A stretch of 64,000 nt of DNA, from the NCBI GenBank assembly GCA_014727915.1, contig WJMO01000006.1:320001-384000 (forward strand), in the 5' to 3' direction. The translations under genes were made by a program, and so were the position numbers. Below the pieces are notes generated by a model. That model did not search any database, was not told the origin of the DNA, and was given only the letters and a program-made list of their open reading frames with translations. The DNA comes from Candidatus Altiarchaeales archaeon. GTDB lineage: Archaea; Altiarchaeota; Altiarchaeia; IMC4; SCGC-AAA252-I15. Below, in pieces: positions 1-9,883 of this stretch. Positions within the stretch are counted from its first letter, which is position 1; each line of letters opens with the position of its first letter.

Positions 1-329
1 TCAAGTTCTCGGCGATGCCCCAGGCCAGCTGCCTTGAGACGTTGCAGTTGCTCGATGACACTGGAACGAATACCATCGGGACGTGCGTTATCGGAGAGCC
101 GTCGAAGGGTCCGGGCTCGTGCCCTGCGGTACAGATGGACAACTCAATGTGGGACTACTGTGAGGTTCAGGTGGACAGCGGAGACCCGGAGTGGTCTTAT
201 ATCACCTTGGGTGCTGAGAACATTTTCACGATAAGATACGATTATGCCTTCGACGGTTATGGCGGGGGCTGCAGCACTAATACCCCGTGTGTCATGTACC
301 TTGACTCGGTTGAGATGGAGTGCAGTTGA
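1..329 (+). CDS. 3' part of a Cys-rich, probably secreted hypothetical protein (5' truncated by the window edge)
   Basis: Frame open from the window start to TGA at 327-329; Cys/Asp/Gly-rich beta-type sequence. Confidence 0.6.
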   Translation, partial: KFSAMPQASCLETLQLLDDTGTNTIGTCVIGEPSKGPGSCPAVQMDNSMWDYCEVQVDSGDPEWSYITLGAENIFTIRYDYAFDGYGGGCSTNTPCVMYLDSVEMECS

Positions 330-393
330 TCGGGGGTTTAAAAGCGTCTGGTGGCGGGTCAAGTATTTAAGCCAGAGTTCCATAATATAATGG

Positions 394-894
394 ATGGCTT
401 CGGTTATGAGATCTGATGTTATCCGAAACGTTCTTGCTGAATGCCTGAGTGAAAGTCATGTTAGTGTCCTTGACAAGTTGAGCGATGAGAAGTATGACGA
501 GGACGTTGCTGCTGACCTCGGACTGAAAGCCACCATCATCCGAACATTGTTGAATGACCTGCATGAGAACAGTCTGGTCGAGTATCAGAGGACGAAGAAC
601 AAGAAGACCGGTTGGTACACGTATCTTTGGGTGAGGCGAGAGGGCAAGATAAAGGAGTACGTGCAGAATTGGCTGAATTTTCAGCTTTTAGAGCTTAATT
701 CCCGTTTAGAGGATGAGACCAGGAATGTGACTTTCAATTGTGAGTGCATGAGGGTCCCCTATGAGTCCGCCATGGAAGCCAACTTCCGGTGCGGCAGCTG
801 CGGCGGTGATTTCGTCGAGTACAACAACAGCGAGCTCATAGATGAGATAGTCAGTGAGGTTGCTCGCATAAACAGTCTGGTTGAGCAGATTTAA
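394..894 (+). CDS. tfe: Transcription factor E, alpha subunit
   Basis: Winged helix (VAADLGLKATIIRTLLNDLHENSLV), TGWYTYLW motif, Zn ribbon (FRCGSCG). Confidence 0.92.
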   Translation: MASVMRSDVIRNVLAECLSESHVSVLDKLSDEKYDEDVAADLGLKATIIRTLLNDLHENSLVEYQRTKNKKTGWYTYLWVRREGKIKEYVQNWLNFQLLELNSRLEDETRNVTFNCECMRVPYESAMEANFRCGSCGGDFVEYNNSELIDEIVSEVARINSLVEQI

Positions 895-900
895 GTTAAG

Positions 901-1416
901 ATGTCTTTGTTGACGCGGGATCAGGCACTACAAAAACTCCAATTGAACAATGTACACAGAGATGTTATTGAACATTGTTTAACTGTTTCTGGTTTTGCGG
1001 TGGAGATCGCAGAGAGGATAAGAGCCAACGGACACCAGGTTGACTTGGACTTCATAGAGACAGCATCACTGCTGCACGACATCGGACGATGCAGAACGCA
1101 CGGGATAGGACATGGAGTGGAAGGGGCCAGGATAATGGAAGACCACCCCCGTTACGCGCGCATCTGCGAGAAACACATCGGGGGAGGGATCACAAAAGAA
1201 GAGGCAGTTGAACTAGGTCTGCCAGCCAGAGACTACCTCCCCGAAACGCTGGAGGAGAAGATAATATGCTACGCGGACAAGTTGACATCAGGCACAGAAA
1301 GACAAAATATCAGCGAAGCAGTGAAGAAGTTCAGCGAACGGCTCGGGCCAGGACACCCAACAATAGAGCGCATAAAAAAGCTGCATGAGGAGATAACGGA
1401 ACTAGCAGGATACTAG
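901..1416 (+). CDS. HD-domain metal-dependent phosphohydrolase (TIGR00295-like)
   Basis: LLHDIGR, HGVEG, HIGGGI, PETLEEKIICYADKL; usual tfe neighbour. Confidence 0.88.
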   Translation: MSLLTRDQALQKLQLNNVHRDVIEHCLTVSGFAVEIAERIRANGHQVDLDFIETASLLHDIGRCRTHGIGHGVEGARIMEDHPRYARICEKHIGGGITKEEAVELGLPARDYLPETLEEKIICYADKLTSGTERQNISEAVKKFSERLGPGHPTIERIKKLHEEITELAGY

Positions 1417-2633
1417 CCCGCGAGTGGCGTGTTCTCGACGTCCTCTGGAGTCAGCCGTAGGAACCTGTAGATCGTCCGCCTCTTCATCTCCACGATATTC
1501 ATCTCAGTGCTGTAGTACTCCCATACGATCTCTTTGTCAGGGGTTATCTCGAAGACATGACCCCGGTCGGATTCGGTTATCAACGTGTTTCCATTAGGAA
1601 GCCGCTGGGCCGCTCCGCGCTTCTCACTGTAGAAGGAGGTCGGCGGCTCGCCCTTGTACTCCCATACTATCTCCCCAGACAATGGGTCCACCTCTATCAC
1701 ACGGGAGTAGCCCCAATTCCGCCCATTGTCGAACAATAGTATCCGCCCGCCATCCAACAGGGTCGGATGGTGCTGTCCATCCAAGACGCCCTGACCCCAC
1801 GACCACAACACCCTCTCCCCCTCAACGTCGACCAATGCTATGGTGTTTATCTCCCGTATCGATACCAGCAGGGCGCCAGCATCACATAAGCCTGGTATCG
1901 GCCTGTCAATGACCTCCAAGGTGTTGGAGTGGAAGACGTCGAATATCGTGTCCTTTATGATATTCAACCGTTCGGGCGGGACCTGACCCTTTATCTGGGC
2001 TATGGTGTCCAAACGGCCCTGAGGGATGAGATGGCTGAAAAGCCCGTAGACCGACAAGGCCTTAACAACGGAACCGTCAGGTGAGAGCACGGTGATGTAA
2101 TCGTTCAAAATGGGTATTTCCCCCCCATCATGGTCGATCGTAATCTGTTTTCTCGTGTAAACGTAGACGCTGCCATCCTCTGAGAAGGCGACATCATGGT
2201 GTGCCGGAACTTCAACGCTCCACAGCACATTGGAATCCCAGTCCAGCTTCAAAAGCGCCTTGTCCCTGACGATAGCGTAAAGGTTCCCCTCGTCGTCCAT
2301 CCTCACCTGATTCCAACCGTGATCCCGGTAATCGGACCTGTTACGGTGCCATATGTGGACGACTCTACCCTCCATGTCGAGTATCTGGGCTTGCGTGCCG
2401 TCATCGTAGTTGAAGAGGTTATAGCCAGGGTACGCTTTGCCGCGTTCATAATTCACGACACCCTTCAGGCTCTCCTCGCCCTCCTCCACATCGGACCATT
2501 GGACGTAAGGGAGGGACTTCAAACCCTCCAGGGAACTGTCATCCGCCGGGCCGCCGAGGAAAGCGCCTGAGCCGAACACGTACAACCCGGCCGAGAAGAC
2601 CAGTAAAAAGGCCACTATCCATGAATGCCTCAT
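1413..2633 (-). CDS. Arylsulfotransferase (ASST)-family beta-propeller, exported
   Basis: N-terminal hydrophobic signal; HHD, FHSN, SIR, QHHP, FDNG, QRLPNGNTLI motifs. Confidence 0.82.
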   Translation of the reverse strand: MRHSWIVAFLLVFSAGLYVFGSGAFLGGPADDSSLEGLKSLPYVQWSDVEEGEESLKGVVNYERGKAYPGYNLFNYDDGTQAQILDMEGRVVHIWHRNRSDYRDHGWNQVRMDDEGNLYAIVRDKALLKLDWDSNVLWSVEVPAHHDVAFSEDGSVYVYTRKQITIDHDGGEIPILNDYITVLSPDGSVVKALSVYGLFSHLIPQGRLDTIAQIKGQVPPERLNIIKDTIFDVFHSNTLEVIDRPIPGLCDAGALLVSIREINTIALVDVEGERVLWSWGQGVLDGQHHPTLLDGGRILLFDNGRNWGYSRVIEVDPLSGEIVWEYKGEPPTSFYSEKRGAAQRLPNGNTLITESDRGHVFEITPDKEIVWEYYSTEMNIVEMKRRTIYRFLRLTPEDVENTPLAG

Positions 2634-2673
2634 CCATACAACATAAAATAGAAAAACATAAAAATCAAAAGCA

Positions 2674-3942
2674 TCAGCTCAAACCGAGCATCTCAGGCTC
2701 CAAACGTGCCATGCGGTACATTATCGCCCTGGACTCGTTATCGTCCTTTAGATGTGGGTTGTAGAACTCCCAGACCACAGAGCCGTCGTATCCGACCTCA
2801 AACGCCCAGCCCTGGTCGGACGAGCATATTAAAGTGTTCCCGTTGGGGAGGCGATATGCGGAACCTCGCTTCATGCTATGGAACCTATTTGGGGGGGTTC
2901 CGGTATAGTTCCAAACGACCTCGAGCGTGAGAGGATCTATCTCCAGTACTTGGGAGTATCTCCTGTGGAACCCATTGTCGAAGACCAGAACGTTACCGTT
3001 GTCCAGGAGGGTGGGGTGGTGCGGGTAGTCTAGGACGCCGGGGCCCCAAAGCCAGACTATGCGCTCACGTACAGGGTCTACGACGGCTATGATGCTCAGC
3101 ATCCTGGTGGATACGAGCAAGTCGCCCCTATGGCAGAAGCCTGGGATGTCCCTGTCAAGATACTCTATGGAGTTGGTATGTACCACATCATAATATGGGC
3201 CACTATTTGCGTTATGGGTCACGTTTTCGTCTAGATGGTGCTCAAGCAGCTTATCCATCGACTCATTGCTTACGAAACCCCCCAGAAGGGCATACAATGA
3301 TATGTTCCAGAGCTTCTCGCCGTCGCTTGACAGGACAGTGACGTAGTCTGCCAGGACGGGCACTTCATGGGATGAGTAGTTCACGCGATCCACGGTCCGG
3401 TCCAACGCGTAGATCAGACCGTCTCCGCCGAATGTTATGTCATGGTGAGGCTGCATGCTCACATTCCATATTACGCCGGAATCCCAGTCCAGTTTCATCA
3501 AAGCCCTGTCCTTAACGATTACGAACAACCCATCGTCGGCGTATTCGACATGGTGCCAGCCACGCCTCGGGTAAGGCGTCAGGTTGGCATACCATACGTT
3601 CACAATGCCACCGTCCATGTCCAATAGCATGGCGAAGTTGCCGTCGTCGTCGTTGTAGAGGTTGTAACCCGGGTATGCGCCCTCCAGGTTCAACTCGACG
3701 CCGTGCTTGTCTTCGGTGCCGTTCTCGACCGGAGACCAGCCAAGATACTGCAAGGCCATAAGCTCGTCGATCTCAGATTCTGAGCCCATGATGACGCCGT
3801 CACCGCTCTCATTCCGGTCTTCGAGCAGGGGAACGCCAGAATCGTCCGCTGACGAGGCCCTTGGGCTTCCAGGACCTGCTAGGACTATGAGTAAACACAG
3901 ACCTGCCGCCAAGGCAGTTGCATGCAATGCGTTCAGCCTCAT
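2674..3942 (-). CDS. Arylsulfotransferase (ASST)-family protein, paralog of 1413-2633
   Basis: Signal peptide; HHD, VHTN, STR, PHHP, FDNG, YRLPNGNTLI motifs; several N-x-S/T sequons. Confidence 0.82.
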   Translation of the reverse strand: MRLNALHATALAAGLCLLIVLAGPGSPRASSADDSGVPLLEDRNESGDGVIMGSESEIDELMALQYLGWSPVENGTEDKHGVELNLEGAYPGYNLYNDDDGNFAMLLDMDGGIVNVWYANLTPYPRRGWHHVEYADDGLFVIVKDRALMKLDWDSGVIWNVSMQPHHDITFGGDGLIYALDRTVDRVNYSSHEVPVLADYVTVLSSDGEKLWNISLYALLGGFVSNESMDKLLEHHLDENVTHNANSGPYYDVVHTNSIEYLDRDIPGFCHRGDLLVSTRMLSIIAVVDPVRERIVWLWGPGVLDYPHHPTLLDNGNVLVFDNGFHRRYSQVLEIDPLTLEVVWNYTGTPPNRFHSMKRGSAYRLPNGNTLICSSDQGWAFEVGYDGSVVWEFYNPHLKDDNESRAIMYRMARLEPEMLGLS

Positions 3943-5894
3943 CTTATCAGGGTTGAACCGTCTATCGAATCCGGCACTCGCAAGCCAACGGCGTCCAAGA
4001 CCGTTGGTGCAACGTCCGTCTGAGAGGGTGAATCCGCTGATAACCGGGCATTTGAGAACAATACGCCCGGCACGAACTTCGGGTCTACTAGGTGGTCTCC
4101 ACCCCAGCGCTTGCGGTTGTCCGTTAGCACTTCCTTCGTGAACCCTCCGATTGCGGTCTGCCAGGCCATCCTATAACCTGGGTTGAAGCCTACGATAACG
4201 TCAGGGCAGTTTTCCACGTAGTCGCCGCTGTAGACGTCATCGCGGAGGTATGCGCTGTTCACGACGTCCCTGCCATACACGCCGTCTTTGAGCTTCTTCA
4301 GGTCCCGTGCTATGGACTCGGCAACGTATTCCCTGTCCTCCACGACACCATTACCCTCACGGCCCTCTAGGTTGACGTATATGCTGTTGAAACCGAGAGA
4401 GTAGGCCTGGGTCCCGCTCCAATCGACATTCTGGAACAGCGGGGCCTCGTCACCCTCCCGCAGCTCCTTCTTCAGCTTCATGTAATCGTTCTCGACAAGC
4501 CAGGTGTTCAAGCTAACAGACCTCTCAAAGGAGGTGAACCCATGGTCGGATATGAGCAGGAACAACGTGTCCTCGTCCAGGTCGGAAACCAACCCGCCGA
4601 TGAACTCGTCCTTCCTATCGTAGTAGTCCGCGACAGCATCGTTAACTGACAATCCATCAACCGGGCCGTCGATTACCTTCTCGTCCCAGAACACGTGCTG
4701 GACCCTGTCCGAGCTGTCATATACGAAGGCGAGGACTCCCTCGCCCCGCTTCTTGAACGCGTTGAACTCGCGGTTGAACATCCTGTCCCTCTGAGCTTCG
4801 ATGTCAGCTATCTGAGCGAGGAAGGCGCGGCTGTCCAGCTTCAAGTCCACGTAACCGTCGGTCTCCTCCGGCATGCCCAGCGTGTAATAGAGCCCTATGT
4901 CGCCGGCGAGCTCGGCCCCATACTTTCCCGGCGAGGTTATGTCCACCACAGGGTTCTCAGGGTCTATCTGCACAGCCGACACGTACATCTCGAACGGGTC
5001 AGTGCCAATGAGATAGGCCTTGAATATGCCTGTGACAGACTTCAACATGCCGACCTTGAACTTCGCCCGGATGAAATCGCTCCAAAACCCCTTACCCACC
5101 CGGGTGGTCTTACCGTCAACTGTGATTTCGCATGCATCAGCAGACAGCTTAACCTCCAGGGGAACCGTGACGTCAACCACCTCGCCAGACTTCCGGGTCT
5201 TCGGGCCCGAAAGCTCTGTATTCACAAAGCCGTCAGCCAACTCGACCTTCACGACCTTGTTGGACTGCTTGTCAGACTCTCCTGGATCGCCGGACGTGTA
5301 GTATGTGTAGCCGCTGAGGAACCCCTTGATGTCCGGGACGCCCAAGCCCCCCAACATGCTTCCCTCGACCTTCTCCGGCGGGAAAGTGACCGGCCATCTG
5401 ACGACCGTTGTGGGTATGCCCGCGTCGGAGGTCAGCTTCCAGAAACGGTCGGCCATCACAAAAGACTCATAGCCTGTCCCGCCCACCCCGGCCTTGGTCT
5501 TCGAGAGCGAGAGCTCCGGCATATGGGTTCCAGGGTCCCTGCGTATGAAGTCGAAGATGTTATGCTTGCCCGGGTTCATGCCCGTAGCGATGGAAGTCCA
5601 CGCAACAGGGCTGTTAGGCGGATTGCTAGTCGCAAGGGTTGTGAAGGTCCCCGAATCCGCCAGTGCCTGAAGGTTGGGCAGCCTGCCATCTTCCAACAGC
5701 TTGCCTGTTATGTTCGGGTCCATCCCGTCAACGCCCAAGACCAGCACCTTCTTGTACTTTGTCTCCATCCTAGCACCTGATGTGACACCTTTGTATAGTG
5801 ACTTGTATATGAGGCCTCCGCCCGCCAGAGCTGCCGAAGCCGCCAGCCCATACTTCAGGAACTGCCTCCTGGTTATTTCACGACCTTCCGCCAT
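3939..5894 (-). CDS. Tat-exported alkaline-phosphatase-superfamily (type I phosphodiesterase/nucleotide pyrophosphatase) protein
   Basis: TRRQFLK twin-arginine signal; GVDGMD, PPNSPVAWTS, DRVQH, ISDHGF, GDH, DVAPT motifs. Confidence 0.85.
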   Translation of the reverse strand: MAEGREITRRQFLKYGLAASAALAGGGLIYKSLYKGVTSGARMETKYKKVLVLGVDGMDPNITGKLLEDGRLPNLQALADSGTFTTLATSNPPNSPVAWTSIATGMNPGKHNIFDFIRRDPGTHMPELSLSKTKAGVGGTGYESFVMADRFWKLTSDAGIPTTVVRWPVTFPPEKVEGSMLGGLGVPDIKGFLSGYTYYTSGDPGESDKQSNKVVKVELADGFVNTELSGPKTRKSGEVVDVTVPLEVKLSADACEITVDGKTTRVGKGFWSDFIRAKFKVGMLKSVTGIFKAYLIGTDPFEMYVSAVQIDPENPVVDITSPGKYGAELAGDIGLYYTLGMPEETDGYVDLKLDSRAFLAQIADIEAQRDRMFNREFNAFKKRGEGVLAFVYDSSDRVQHVFWDEKVIDGPVDGLSVNDAVADYYDRKDEFIGGLVSDLDEDTLFLLISDHGFTSFERSVSLNTWLVENDYMKLKKELREGDEAPLFQNVDWSGTQAYSLGFNSIYVNLEGREGNGVVEDREYVAESIARDLKKLKDGVYGRDVVNSAYLRDDVYSGDYVENCPDVIVGFNPGYRMAWQTAIGGFTKEVLTDNRKRWGGDHLVDPKFVPGVLFSNARLSADSPSQTDVAPTVLDAVGLRVPDSIDGSTLIR

Positions 5895-6088
5895 ACACTC
5901 CTAACCCCTTCCTTGATCTGGGTGAAGAACTTGAGAAAGAATCCTAGAATCCCCGCTGCAATAGCGGCAAGCAACGGCCAAATGGACCCGCCGACGATCA
6001 TGCCCGCAGTCCCCGGGTCGATGTACGCCGACACGCAGCCGACCAAAGGCAGAAAAGCCAATAAACCCAAATAACCCTTTCGACGCAT
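5873..6088 (-). CDS. Small membrane protein with AYIDPG motif
   Basis: Two hydrophobic segments flanking SAYIDPGT; basic tail; overlaps the start of the phosphodiesterase. Confidence 0.7.
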   Translation of the reverse strand: MRRKGYLGLLAFLPLVGCVSAYIDPGTAGMIVGGSIWPLLAAIAAGILGFFLKFFTQIKEGVRSVWRKVVK

Positions 6089-6126
6089 CCTTAAACATTT
6101 AAAATGACAAAATAAAACCGCAGTGG

Positions 6127-7035
6127 TTACCTCTTCAAAAGCGCGACACGGCTCTCGACCTTCTCATCCGCGACCTCATAGGACAGTTCGCCAGCCAGCT
6201 CTCCGGCAAAGGCCCTGACCTCGGAGTGGGAGGGCATGTTGTCCATTGAGAGCCTGTTCCTGCTTCCACCCACGAACATGAACGCCTTCACCTCAACGAA
6301 GTCCGGGTTGGCCCTGGAGATGAGCCTCGCATAAGCCTGGGGGTCCAGCATATTCCAGCCTTTCACCGCAGTCAATCGGATGACCTTCCGGGTGTCAAGG
6401 GAGGGAAACAACTCCAACGTGGAGTTTATGCTATCCCAGGCATCAGACACAAGGGGAGCGCAGACCCTCCTATGGGTTTCACGGTCGGGGGCGACAAGGG
6501 ACATGTAAAGCTGTGAAGGCAGAGTGTCTAGGGCTTCAAGCCGCCCGGGTAGAGTGCCGTTGGTGACCAGGTAGGTGGTCATAGCCCTCTTTTTGAAGCA
6601 TTCAATCAAGCCTCCAATGTCGGGGTAGATGGTGGGCTCCCCAGCCAGGCTGATAGCCGCATGACTTGGCTCCTGAGCCTCCCTGAACCTGTCCATGTCA
6701 ACGCCGTCGGACCCGCCGAAACCGGAGATGGCCTGCCTTTGAGCGTTGAAACATCCTTCAACAATTTCCTCAGGGTCCTCCCAGGAATCCATCCCCACGC
6801 CCATGGTGTGCTCGGTGTTCCTCCAGCAGAACACGCAAGCGTGGGTGCACCAGCCGACCGCGGGCGTCATCTGCATGCACCTGTGGCTCTCGATGCCATA
6901 GAACCTCTGCTTATAGCAGTGACCCTCCCCCCGCAGGCTCTTCTTCAACCAGAGGCACGGCTTCACCGCACTGTGACCTCCGACCAGGGAATAGTGCTGT
7001 TTAGCCAGCAGGCGCCTTAGGGCTTCGGATATCAT
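6127..7035 (-). CDS. taw1: 4-demethylwyosine synthase (radical SAM, TYW1/Taw1)
   Basis: HSAVKPCLW, CYKQRFYGIESHRC, CxxxCxxCWR, SLAGEPT; start reassigned to ATG 7035. Confidence 0.93.
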   Translation of the reverse strand: MISEALRRLLAKQHYSLVGGHSAVKPCLWLKKSLRGEGHCYKQRFYGIESHRCMQMTPAVGWCTHACVFCWRNTEHTMGVGMDSWEDPEEIVEGCFNAQRQAISGFGGSDGVDMDRFREAQEPSHAAISLAGEPTIYPDIGGLIECFKKRAMTTYLVTNGTLPGRLEALDTLPSQLYMSLVAPDRETHRRVCAPLVSDAWDSINSTLELFPSLDTRKVIRLTAVKGWNMLDPQAYARLISRANPDFVEVKAFMFVGGSRNRLSMDNMPSHSEVRAFAGELAGELSYEVADEKVESRVALLKR

Positions 7036-7096
7036 AGGTATTGTTTTTAAAGCTGGATTCTTAATAAACTGTATTGTTTTACACGTGGGGTGTACT

Positions 7097-7342
7097 ATGG
7101 TTACATACATTATAGCAAGGCAATTGGGCGGGAAACCTGTCATAACGGTTGGCGGCGAGGAGCTAGGCCGCCTCGACGACGTAATAGTAGACGAGTCCAC
7201 GGGCGACTTCATATCCTTGATAGTCGAGCCTGTGGTGGAGGCACCCCCGCGTGTCGCATACCCGAAGGACAAGGAAGGAAACTACGTCATACCCTTCGAC
7301 GCAGTCAACGCGGTAAGCAAGGTCGTAGTAGTAAAGGAATAA
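7097..7342 (+). CDS. PRC-barrel domain protein
   Basis: LGGKPVITVGGEELGRLDDVIVD and IPFDAVNAVSKVVVV. Confidence 0.85.
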   Translation: MVTYIIARQLGGKPVITVGGEELGRLDDVIVDESTGDFISLIVEPVVEAPPRVAYPKDKEGNYVIPFDAVNAVSKVVVVKE

Positions 7343-7349
7343 GCGGGTT

Positions 7350-7907
7350 TCACTTCCTCTCCCAGTAGACGCTGACCATGCCCTCAGCCGTGCTCACGAT
7401 CCTCCAGGAGGAGTCAACCAGTTCGGCGGCTACCTTATGGTCCTTCTCAGCCACGCCCTCTACCACATGCAATTCGAAGGGCACGACCTCCACCTCCCCC
7501 GCCTTAAGGTCAACGACAACAGGGTTCTCAGACTCGGACCGGAATCCGTTGGGAAGTTTCAACTCCAAAAGCAGTCTCCTGTCATCAAGAGAGGATAATA
7601 CCACGTTGAAGGAGAATGACGAGCCATCAGCAACGCGTGGATCATACACAAGTTTCATACCATCCGAACCCAGACCCCTGCCGCAATCAAGGCAGTCCCC
7701 AGTCCAACAGCAACCCTCACATGAGTAGCATATGGCAGGCCCGGGACAGCTGCAGTCATCACAGCATGATGAAAGCCCACCTTCAAGCACAGCGTATCCT
7801 GAGGGCATTTCAGAGGATATCAGGGAGTTTTCGAGGGTCAAAGCAGTCAAAGTAAGCAGCCCCAGCACAAAAACCGTGTATTCGAGGGTTTTGATCTCAG
7901 AGTCCAT
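7350..7907 (-). CDS. Membrane-anchored hypothetical protein with Cys-rich segment and Ig-like C-terminus
   Basis: N-terminal TM; CCDDCSC-x4-CYSCEGCCWTGDCLDC. Confidence 0.6.
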   Translation of the reverse strand: MDSEIKTLEYTVFVLGLLTLTALTLENSLISSEMPSGYAVLEGGLSSCCDDCSCPGPAICYSCEGCCWTGDCLDCGRGLGSDGMKLVYDPRVADGSSFSFNVVLSSLDDRRLLLELKLPNGFRSESENPVVVDLKAGEVEVVPFELHVVEGVAEKDHKVAAELVDSSWRIVSTAEGMVSVYWERK

Positions 7908-7943
7908 TACTATTACGTAATTATTGGCTCTGATAGATTATAT

Positions 7944-9212
7944 ATGTTAAAAATGACATTATCTAACGTGAAACCGGTTGTTCTCTGCGTCGACCGCGAC
8001 GACGACATAGGAAGGAACGTTGGCATCAAGGGCCCCATTGTCGGGAGGGAGAAGAACCTGGAGGTCGCGCGGAAGCTGGCGTTGGTTGACCCGGCCGACA
8101 CGGACGTCAACGCACTGTACGGAGCGTTGAAGCTGGCATACGAGCTGGACACCGAAGTGGTCACGTTGACCGGCGACGAGAAGGTCGGGCTCATATCGGA
8201 CAGGGAGATATCAAAGCAGCTGGAGAAGGTCATCAAAGAACTGAAACCCAATTCGGTAATCTTCGTCTCCGACGGATTGGACGACGAGCAGGTGATGCCC
8301 ATAATACAGTCGAGGGTCAAGATAGACTCTGTGGAGACGATAGTGGTTAGGCAGAGCAAAGAATTGGAGAAGGCCTATTTCAAGCTAACCCACTTCCTCA
8401 AGGAGGTCACGGAAGACCCCAACCTCGCAAGGCTCATATTCGGCATACCAGGCATAGTGCTGCTGCTGCTGGCCGTGTTCGGCACCCAGGCGTTAAGCCT
8501 CACCATAGGCGTCATCGGAGTATACCTGATCATAAAGGGTTTCGGATGGGAGGAGGAGTTCTTCCAGAGAACTTCCGAGTTCTTGAAGTCCCTGTCCGTG
8601 GAAAGGATAAGCACCCTCATATACTTCATAGCGTTCATAACCTTCACCCTCGGATTGAGCTACGCCTACGAGAGCATACAGGTGAACAACCTGAACTTCA
8701 CGGACTTCAACACCGGAATAAACACATTGGCGGCTTTCATACACAGGTCCAACGCATTGAACCTCATAACCGTCACCTTCCTACTGGTCATACTGGCCAG
8801 GATAGTGGACGAATGGGCAGTGAAGAACTTCATACACGTTCGCAGGTACCTCATACTAGCCGCGTTCATAGTATTGATAAACGTGGTCTTGGACGCCGGA
8901 GCCGAGTTCATGATAGTGGAGGAATTCGGATTCGGCAACTTCATATTCAACGGGGTAGTTGGCGTCCTGTCACTGTGGATCTGGACCAAGCTGACAGACT
9001 ACTTCTTCAGCGAGGAGATAGAGATAATGCACAGGATAATGAGGGACCATGAGGGCAAGGAGATAGTGGACTCCGAGGGGAACAGGCTGGGGAGGGCTTC
9101 CAAGGCGGTGATCATTAACCTCGAGCTGAAAGAGCTGCGCTACGGGCGGAAGACCATACCCAAGAAGGACATAGCGTCTGTGGGCGATAAGATAGTGGTA
9201 AAGACCAAGTGA
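7944..9212 (+). CDS. DUF373-family membrane protein with C-terminal PRC-barrel-like domain
   Basis: VLCVDRDDDIG, DPADTDVNA, VSDGLDDE, VVRQS; multiple TMs; true start may be GTG 7968. Confidence 0.85.
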   Translation: MLKMTLSNVKPVVLCVDRDDDIGRNVGIKGPIVGREKNLEVARKLALVDPADTDVNALYGALKLAYELDTEVVTLTGDEKVGLISDREISKQLEKVIKELKPNSVIFVSDGLDDEQVMPIIQSRVKIDSVETIVVRQSKELEKAYFKLTHFLKEVTEDPNLARLIFGIPGIVLLLLAVFGTQALSLTIGVIGVYLIIKGFGWEEEFFQRTSEFLKSLSVERISTLIYFIAFITFTLGLSYAYESIQVNNLNFTDFNTGINTLAAFIHRSNALNLITVTFLLVILARIVDEWAVKNFIHVRRYLILAAFIVLINVVLDAGAEFMIVEEFGFGNFIFNGVVGVLSLWIWTKLTDYFFSEEIEIMHRIMRDHEGKEIVDSEGNRLGRASKAVIINLELKELRYGRKTIPKKDIASVGDKIVVKTK

Positions 9213-9223
9213 CCAGATCCGGA

Positions 9224-9844
9224 CTAGTCGCAGCAGATCTTCTCTAGCTTGTCCACTGACTCCCGGGCGCCCAAGACTATGAGCATGTCACCCTCTTTCA
9301 CAGACGTGTTCTTGCTTGGATTGTATATCCACCTGCCGCTACGCTTTATCGCCCTCACAAAGCATCCGGTCTCGGACAGCAGCCGGTATTCCCCAAGGGT
9401 CTTCCCAGCCAGGTCGGAACTCCCGCTCACTACCAGCTTGACCACCTGCTCCTCGGACTCGTCCAGCATGGTCTGGTATATGGGATGGTCGCCCACACCA
9501 CGCAATACGACGTCAACTATGTCCTCCGCCGCATCGGATACCTTCTCCGCCGCGGACGCCACGTGTATTATCCCGCTCAGGTCAGCCGCGTCCTCGGGGG
9601 TCCTCGCAGCCAGCATTGCCAGTATCTCTATCTCGTATTGGAGGTTGTCCATGAGCTCCTCCAAGTCCTCGACCTCCTCCGCTATCGACTTGCTGTTGGT
9701 CAGCAGTGCGGAATATGCGAGGTCGATCATCAGCTCCGAATTGTCCTTCATCTCAACGAGGATGTCCTTGACGTTCCTCTTTTTCTGTATCGCGTCCTCT
9801 GCAAGCACATCCACTTCCTTGTCTTCTTCAACCATTTCAGTCAA
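9224..9844 (-). CDS. PhoU/TrkA-C (RCK_C) domain protein
   Basis: MKDNSELMIDLAYSAL helical domain plus LAGKTLGE and WIYNP RCK_C features. Confidence 0.85.
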   Translation of the reverse strand: MTEMVEEDKEVDVLAEDAIQKKRNVKDILVEMKDNSELMIDLAYSALLTNSKSIAEEVEDLEELMDNLQYEIEILAMLAARTPEDAADLSGIIHVASAAEKVSDAAEDIVDVVLRGVGDHPIYQTMLDESEEQVVKLVVSGSSDLAGKTLGEYRLLSETGCFVRAIKRSGRWIYNPSKNTSVKEGDMLIVLGARESVDKLEKICCD

Positions 9845-9883
9845 CCCACATAACTTAATTAGCCCATTGTTTTTATTAAACCC

